DNA from: a virus
Length of the DNA stretch: 64,000 nt
Strand: one strand, 5' to 3'
Virus record (IMG/VR): IMGVR_UViG_3300015370_000013
Coordinates: 1 to 64,000 of that record
Shown here: positions 58,563 through 64,000 of the stretch, one piece after another
How positions within the stretch are numbered: position 1 is the first letter of the stretch
Layout of the letters: each line of letters begins with the position of its first letter
Notes under the pieces: model-generated
Seen by the model: only the letters and a program-made list of their open reading frames with translations
What the model was told of the DNA's origin: nothing
Database searches by the model: none
Translations under genes and position numbers: made by a program

Positions 58563-58793
58563 ATGTTTCTCATTACAAAAGCGTCGCCACACACACGGCA
58601 AGTCCTCAGCGGCGCGCTCCACAAGGTCGCCGCAGTCATGGCGAACCGAGGACCCTTCCCTATCAACCGGAACGAGGTGACCCTGAAGGAGGCGGCGTAC
58701 CTTATCGGCACCCAGGCGCATTACAACTGGTTGACGAAACGTGCTACCCTGGAGGGTATCATCAACACGGTGCGGCTGAACCAAGGTGTATAG
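58563..58793 (+). CDS. Small putative head protein
   Basis: AGGAG RBS; KVA, KEA, KRA. Confidence 0.6.
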   Translation: MFLITKASPHTRQVLSGALHKVAAVMANRGPFPINRNEVTLKEAAYLIGTQAHYNWLTKRATLEGIINTVRLNQGV

Positions 58794-58796
58794 ACC

Positions 58797-59462
58797 ATGA
58801 ACCCCCAACTCTACGGTGACATTTTACGCGCACTCCACCTCTCCGCTGCTTTGGAGAAAACAGCTTCGCTGCGTCCTGACACCCTGGAGGCCAAGACCGC
58901 GCATGACTGGGTGCTCTTCCAGACGATTAAAGAAGCGGGCCTGTTAAGCGCCGCCAGACAGGGGCTTTCGACTGCTGCTGAATCTTCGGTAGGTAAAGGG
59001 CTCTTAACCGCAGCTAAATCACCCATGGGTAAGGGACTCTTGGCTGCTACGGGTGCTGCCATCCCCGCTGCTGCGGTGGTTTCTCACGCAGGCAACGTAG
59101 CTGCGGACAACAACGAAGACATGCGGAACAAGGCCCTCCAGGTTGCCCTGGGTATAGGCGGTGTTGGGGCTGGGTTATTGGGTATGCACCGCTTAACCCA
59201 ACCGACGGAGTCACAAAGTGTTAGCTATGGCCGTGACCCCTCCACGGGTAAGATGGTTATGCAGCACGCATCTGGTGTTAAAAAAAGCTCCGCCGAAGCT
59301 GAGCCTCTACTCCAAAAGCTCGCCACAGTGGGCTACCTCGATGTCGTGCTTGAGACACAAGCAGCGTATGGAAAGACCGCTGAGACACGCGAGAACGCAC
59401 AGCAGTGCCGCTTCCTCAACGCTGAACACGGTGTCTCCATCCTGAGAGAACTGCTCCTCTGA
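58797..59462 (+). CDS. Putative head/ejection protein
   Basis: Gly/Ala hydrophobic helices; K-x-A. Confidence 0.65.
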   Translation: MNPQLYGDILRALHLSAALEKTASLRPDTLEAKTAHDWVLFQTIKEAGLLSAARQGLSTAAESSVGKGLLTAAKSPMGKGLLAATGAAIPAAAVVSHAGNVAADNNEDMRNKALQVALGIGGVGAGLLGMHRLTQPTESQSVSYGRDPSTGKMVMQHASGVKKSSAEAEPLLQKLATVGYLDVVLETQAAYGKTAETRENAQQCRFLNAEHGVSILRELLL

Positions 59463-61360
59463 TGCGCACCAAAATCATCGTACTGGACGACCATTTCTCC
59501 ACCGGCGAACCTACAGTTCAGCCTGTGCTTCTTTGGGGTTTACGCGGTAAACCGTTCTACGGCGAGCACTCCAAGGTCGCGACACATAGTCCTGCGATGG
59601 AGTACATCAAGACAGTTACGCCTGTGCCTGGACGCACCATCGTTTTAATTATTGGCCTGGGCAGCTTCGAGTACTACGGACTCAACCGCAACGGTGACGG
59701 TTTTAATGAGCGACCCTACAAGCCGAACGTAAAACCTACATGTGGGTGCTGCGGTACGAGTCGGGACGCTTGGGTGCTCGAAGACGAGTGCGTTCAGCAC
59801 CACTATAAGACGTACGAGCAGGGTGCCGTCTATCGCCACCACTGTAACAAAGATCCAAAAAAAGCCATCGGTCAGGTCCTAAAAGCCTTCTGGAATCCCT
59901 ACATGCACCGCGTAGAGGTCCTGCAGGATATCGAGAATACGAAGGCCCCAGACCTGGTAGAACAGATAAACGGTGGGCAATACCCGGCTGCGTCGATGGG
60001 TTGTAGGATCAAGTATGACGTATGCACAAAATGCGGACATAACGCTCCCACTCGTGCTCAATACTGCGATCACCTCAAATGGCAAATGGGACACCTCGAC
60101 CCTGGTTCAGGTATCCGATACGGTGCGTTGAACCCCTCCCCCCGCTTCTTCGACAGCTCCTGGGTTATTCGCCCCGCCGACCGCACAGGCTACATGCTCA
60201 AGAAGGTGGCCAACACCCACGCCTACGAGCTGCAAGACAGCAGCGTGATGGGTGAGCTTGTCGACGCGCTAGACGCCAAATCAGCAGCGGTGCGTAAGAT
60301 CGGAGCCATCGACAAGGTCCTCCGTGGGTATCCCGCCGCCATGGTTTCGTCTGACCTCCCCGAGGGCAAACTCGTTGAACAGTACCGCGACACCTCCCTC
60401 TCGAAGGTTACGAAAAGCACAGAACTACTACCAGAGAAAGTACTGCAAGCGCTTTCCATGTACAGTTTACCGAAAACACTAAAGGCATTGTCTCGTGCAG
60501 GTATCACCCTGACCACGCCGGAGTTTGTTAAGCTATTCATGAAGCAACTAGCGCCACAGGCGAAGATACCTGTAGAGGTGCTCCACCACTTGACCGCGCT
60601 TCAGACCGAGATTCTCGCGCTACTAGCTGAGCACCCTACGCTGCTAGAGGCTCTAAGCCCTGCGCTACAGACGGAGGATGAACCCGGCGACGCGTTACAA
60701 AAGAAGACCGACACGTTGCGGGAAAAACGGTCCACTGCAATGGGCTACCTTCAGCGTCGCATGACGCCCGAGGCGTACAAACATAGTGACCCACCGAGGA
60801 CCGAACTGCTCCACGTACAAGACCCCACTACGGGACAGATATATCAAACGAACCGGGACGCCGTTAGGAACACGGAGGACTCCCTGGACGAAGCCCAGCT
60901 TAAAAAACTCTTGGGTAGCGCGGGTCTGATGGCGGGAGCGTACAAAGCGCTTACCAGCCTCCCCGGCGCTTCCAAACTGGTGAGTCTACCCTTGGCAGGC
61001 GCGAGCTACGCCTTGGGTCGTTCAGGTCTACAGGAGCCGGATACATACGAGACGACCACCGGGGAGCGTATTCCTCAGCTAACGGAGCTTCAAGAGAAAC
61101 AGAGTCACGTCCTTAACCAAATACACACAACTGGGCTTGAACATTCGTTCCTGACGAAGCACGCTTGTCGTACGCACGGCACCCTACACGCTCTACTATC
61201 TAAAATTGCACATTTTGGTATAGAGTCCGGGGGTCCTTCGCTGCTAGACTTACTACCGAAAACGGCGGGACAGTACAGCGTTGTTGCGACACCGCCAAAC
61301 ATTGAAAAAATCGCCATGTTAGTCGGGAATTTAATATACTCGACAATTGATAGAAACTAA
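59462..61360 (+). CDS. Putative prohead (capsid maturation) protease with C-terminal extension
   Basis: NRNGDGF, VYRHH.N.DP..AIG.V, VEVL, ASMGC..D.C..CG; His/Ser layout as in HK97/assemblin-type proteases; head-cluster position. Confidence 0.6.
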   Translation: MRTKIIVLDDHFSTGEPTVQPVLLWGLRGKPFYGEHSKVATHSPAMEYIKTVTPVPGRTIVLIIGLGSFEYYGLNRNGDGFNERPYKPNVKPTCGCCGTSRDAWVLEDECVQHHYKTYEQGAVYRHHCNKDPKKAIGQVLKAFWNPYMHRVEVLQDIENTKAPDLVEQINGGQYPAASMGCRIKYDVCTKCGHNAPTRAQYCDHLKWQMGHLDPGSGIRYGALNPSPRFFDSSWVIRPADRTGYMLKKVANTHAYELQDSSVMGELVDALDAKSAAVRKIGAIDKVLRGYPAAMVSSDLPEGKLVEQYRDTSLSKVTKSTELLPEKVLQALSMYSLPKTLKALSRAGITLTTPEFVKLFMKQLAPQAKIPVEVLHHLTALQTEILALLAEHPTLLEALSPALQTEDEPGDALQKKTDTLREKRSTAMGYLQRRMTPEAYKHSDPPRTELLHVQDPTTGQIYQTNRDAVRNTEDSLDEAQLKKLLGSAGLMAGAYKALTSLPGASKLVSLPLAGASYALGRSGLQEPDTYETTTGERIPQLTELQEKQSHVLNQIHTTGLEHSFLTKHACRTHGTLHALLSKIAHFGIESGGPSLLDLLPKTAGQYSVVATPPNIEKIAMLVGNLIYSTIDRN

Positions 61361-61428
61361 CTTGTCTTTCCGGGAGTTTCACTCTAACATTAGGATTGAA
61401 AATTCAGCCGGAAATATGCGAGGGTACA

Positions 61429-62052
61429 ATGGACATTGAAACAGTCATGCAGCGAGTGAAGGCCAGTCAGACCGCAAACGACGGGATCAAAACTGCCGCC
61501 GCGACACAGCCAGCCTCCGCTGAGCTACACCGGGCGCTAGCTGACGCGCTCGCCGGGACTGACACAACCAAAACAGCGTCCGCCGCTGACGCCGCAAACG
61601 TGGGTGACGGGCTACTCAAGATCGCCAAAGAACTCGGCGACGCTGAAGATGCCCTGATGCAGAAGCAAGCGCAGATGTACGGTGCTGCTGTTGCCGACGG
61701 TTTCATGTCGCGGTACGCACAGTACGAGGCTGCTGCACAGGATATCCCCGCGCCAAAGACCGCGGGATACGGGTATGCTGGAGACCCTACCGTGGACCAG
61801 ATCAAGACCGCTGCTGCGTCCCCCGCGTTCACCAAGTTCGCCAACGAGAACCCTGAACTCACCAAGGAAGCCTTCGAGCTGGGGTACCAACGCACCTGGG
61901 GTGCCCTGGAGAAACAAGCGGCGGATGAGTACTATCAAGGCTACGACGAGACCATGCAGCAGATCCACAAGGTCGCTTCTACTTGCTACAAACACGGTGC
62001 CGTCACCATCAACAACGTGATGTACGCGCTGCAGCAGCGAGCCAACGCATAA
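61429..62052 (+). CDS. Putative scaffold/internal head protein
   Basis: Ala-rich helical; 10 of 13 Lys in K-x-A. Confidence 0.65.
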   Translation: MDIETVMQRVKASQTANDGIKTAAATQPASAELHRALADALAGTDTTKTASAADAANVGDGLLKIAKELGDAEDALMQKQAQMYGAAVADGFMSRYAQYEAAAQDIPAPKTAGYGYAGDPTVDQIKTAAASPAFTKFANENPELTKEAFELGYQRTWGALEKQAADEYYQGYDETMQQIHKVASTCYKHGAVTINNVMYALQQRANA

Positions 62053-62054
62053 AC

Positions 62055-62729
62055 ATGGTCTACACCGACGACACATACGCTCTGTACGACGAACTCTTCC
62101 ATGATGCCCATCAGGGGCTCATGAAGACCGCGGGGGTTGCACGCTGGTTGGGGGAAAAAGCACAGAACGTGTATCGGCGTGGGCATAGTATGTTCACAAA
62201 CCCGAAGCGGATAGAGGGACTTCGGGCCAGCGAAGAGCAAGCTAGAGTAGCCGCTCAAAACGCTGCCTTTGAAGCACAAAACGCTCAACTCGGACAAACG
62301 CTCGCTGAAGGTGCCGCTAAACGTCAGGCAAAACAACATGCTGTAGAAAAAGCACAACAAGAAGCCGCACGGGCCGCACAAGCGACCAAACACACGAACG
62401 AACTCGCCCAACTCAACGCCACACCGGGTGCCCTCACCGACGCTCAACGCTCCGCTCAAAACTGGCGAAGGTTCGGCACAGGTGCGGCGGTTGCTGGTGG
62501 TGTTGGTGTCCCTGCAGCGTACGCCATGGGAAACGCCTCAGGTAGTGAGGATGCGATCCGGACCCGCAACCTTGCGTTCGGTGCAGGTGCGGCAACAGGA
62601 CTCGCAGCACCGCAACTGGTGCGGGGTTTAGGCCACATAGCTCGGGGCGTAAGTAACATGAACCAGGGACTCTACCCCGAGTCGGGTTACTCCGACGCGT
62701 ACGACCCGTACGCCGGGGGAGGTTACTAA
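62055..62729 (+). CDS. Putative internal/ejection protein
   Basis: MKTAG, coiled coil, Gly/Ala hydrophobic helices. Confidence 0.6.
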   Translation: MVYTDDTYALYDELFHDAHQGLMKTAGVARWLGEKAQNVYRRGHSMFTNPKRIEGLRASEEQARVAAQNAAFEAQNAQLGQTLAEGAAKRQAKQHAVEKAQQEAARAAQATKHTNELAQLNATPGALTDAQRSAQNWRRFGTGAAVAGGVGVPAAYAMGNASGSEDAIRTRNLAFGAGAATGLAAPQLVRGLGHIARGVSNMNQGLYPESGYSDAYDPYAGGGY

Positions 62730-62959
62730 TGGCACGACACCCCTCTATCCAAGAGCTTTCCGAAGAAGTACTTCGTCACGTTGATGAAGAACAGCGGCAA
62801 CAGAAAACAGCAAACGCTGCACCGGAAAGTGGAATGCGTACCAAAGTAGGCCGAGAGCTTCAGAAGCTTGCAGCTCACTGTCGCCAAGAAGCAGAACGAC
62901 CCGTTGTTGTCACACTCGGTGACCTCAAAGGATTTATCGACAAATGCCAACGCCTATAA
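62729..62959 (+). CDS. Small head-cluster protein
   Basis: TAATG coupling, GGAGG RBS; KTA, KLA. Confidence 0.6.
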   Translation: MARHPSIQELSEEVLRHVDEEQRQQKTANAAPESGMRTKVGRELQKLAAHCRQEAERPVVVTLGDLKGFIDKCQRL

Positions 62960-63108
62960 ATGGTGATCAGCTACGTAAACTTGCCACGATGTTGAGGCAA
63001 GCAGCGGATGACCGTGACAGCCAGCACATTAGAAAATGCGCACAAGCTATCCGTGCTTCAGCGGGGCTAGATACTTTACGGCGTAAACTCACGCTTCTTT
63101 TGGTATAA
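62944..63108 (+). CDS. 54-aa head-cluster protein (below the ORF track cutoff)
   Basis: MPTPINGDQLRKLATMLRQAADD...RKCAQ...LLLV*. Confidence 0.55.
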   Translation: MPTPINGDQLRKLATMLRQAADDRDSQHIRKCAQAIRASAGLDTLRRKLTLLLV

Positions 63109-63137
63109 GCAAGGGTCAACAACCCAAGAGGTGTAAG

Positions 63138-63521
63138 ATGTCTGATTTACTACGAAAAGTCGCCACCGTGCTGGACCATATGGCTTTGCGTCTCGACGCC
63201 GAAGACGATACTGCTACACAGCAGAAAACCGCCGCACAACACGCTGTCGCTAAAGATTGGCAAGACCGTCTCGCACAGCTGACCGGCAACGATATCCCCG
63301 AAAATGCTGTACAAAAACTCGCCGCACTTGACGACGGGGACATAAATGCGCTACTTAAACAGTTAACCGAGAAGGTGGCGGGATTGAATGAAGCACCTGA
63401 CGATTTGGGACATATAGATGACACACAGGGTGTCACAACCCCACTCGAAGGGCGCACACGTGTGAAACAAGCCGCTGCTGAAGCAGATAGTGCTTTTCTT
63501 CAGTGGATTATGAATTCCTAA
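63138..63521 (+). CDS. Putative scaffold protein
   Basis: GAGG RBS; 5 of 7 Lys in K-x-A. Confidence 0.6.
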   Translation: MSDLLRKVATVLDHMALRLDAEDDTATQQKTAAQHAVAKDWQDRLAQLTGNDIPENAVQKLAALDDGDINALLKQLTEKVAGLNEAPDDLGHIDDTQGVTTPLEGRTRVKQAAAEADSAFLQWIMNS

Positions 63522-63555
63522 AGGACTATCCTGATAGTGAACAAGGAGACAGCGC

Positions 63556-64000
63556 ATGGCACTATTAAATTCCAAATTTGACGTTAAACGTGGATACCCC
63601 AACGGTTCGGCAGTTCACTGGGATTTCACTGTCAAATCGACAGGCGGCACATACGAAGCGATTGCCGGTGGCAAGATCGTAACGGTCCAAGCAGCCAGTG
63701 GTCTACCCGTAGTGACCCTGGCTACAACGCCCAACACTTCAATCGCCGACGAGATCGACGTCTACCTGGTCATCGAGGGGAACGACGACTTCTCCGGTAC
63801 GTTCGTACAGAAGGTGTCTGTGCTGCGTTTCGGTAGCGGTTTCATCTTCACCACCGCTGACTACGCCGCTGGGTCCTACGCCATCGGTACCAAGGTGTCC
63901 TTCTCTGCGGGCCAAATCAAAGTGAAAGCAGCCAACGAGCAGATCATCGGTTCCGTCATTGAAGTTGACGCGACGAACAGCACCATCACCATCGCTTGTT
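63556..64000 (+). CDS. Putative capsid decoration/cement-type protein (runs off the window)
   Basis: AAGGAG RBS; MALLNSKFDVKRGYP...; small beta-rich protein after scaffold-like genes. Confidence 0.5.
   Translation, partial: MALLNSKFDVKRGYPNGSAVHWDFTVKSTGGTYEAIAGGKIVTVQAASGLPVVTLATTPNTSIADEIDVYLVIEGNDDFSGTFVQKVSVLRFGSGFIFTTADYAAGSYAIGTKVSFSAGQIKVKAANEQIIGSVIEVDATNSTITIAC

Noticed and set aside
1-64000. Stop-codon reassignment and tRNA genes
   Set aside because: Long intact ORFs tile the window under code 11, with TAA, TAG and TGA all used as stops; no tRNA cloverleaf recognised by eye (tRNAscan not run).

Overview
A 64-kb segment of a large (probably jumbo) tailed dsDNA phage, translated with the standard bacterial code. 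The minus strand carries mainly replication and metabolism genes: class II RNR, RuvC, UDG-PolA fusion, primase-helicase, two Cas4/RecB-like nucleases, SSB-like, ParB, SNF2, amidase endolysin, a MoxR + VWA pair, a retron-like reverse transcriptase and an IS607-type TnpB. The plus strand carries mainly virion genes: TerL, portal, a phage multisubunit RNA polymerase (beta fused to the N-half of beta', with two inteins, plus a separate beta' C-half), a prohead-protease-like protein and a head cluster. The best candidate for an undescribed system is a divergent retron-like RT with no adjacent msr/msd, in an operon with MoxR/VWA and two Cys-rich proteins, together with a ~1-kb ORF-free region (19266-20258). 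That region consists almost entirely of long hairpins, with CCACTT(C) linkers and a 4x CGGCG-N3-CGCCG palindrome; its link to the RT is inference. Also notable: a pervasive K-x-A motif in virion proteins and in an RNAP insertion (candidate protease site), a recurring G-x3-AL-x2-LG motif, an atypical Ser...Asp intein directly after the RNAP DFDGD motif, and a LigD-phosphoesterase/ADP-ribosyltransferase-like fusion. All calls are from manual motif reading; no database searches or folding programs were run.
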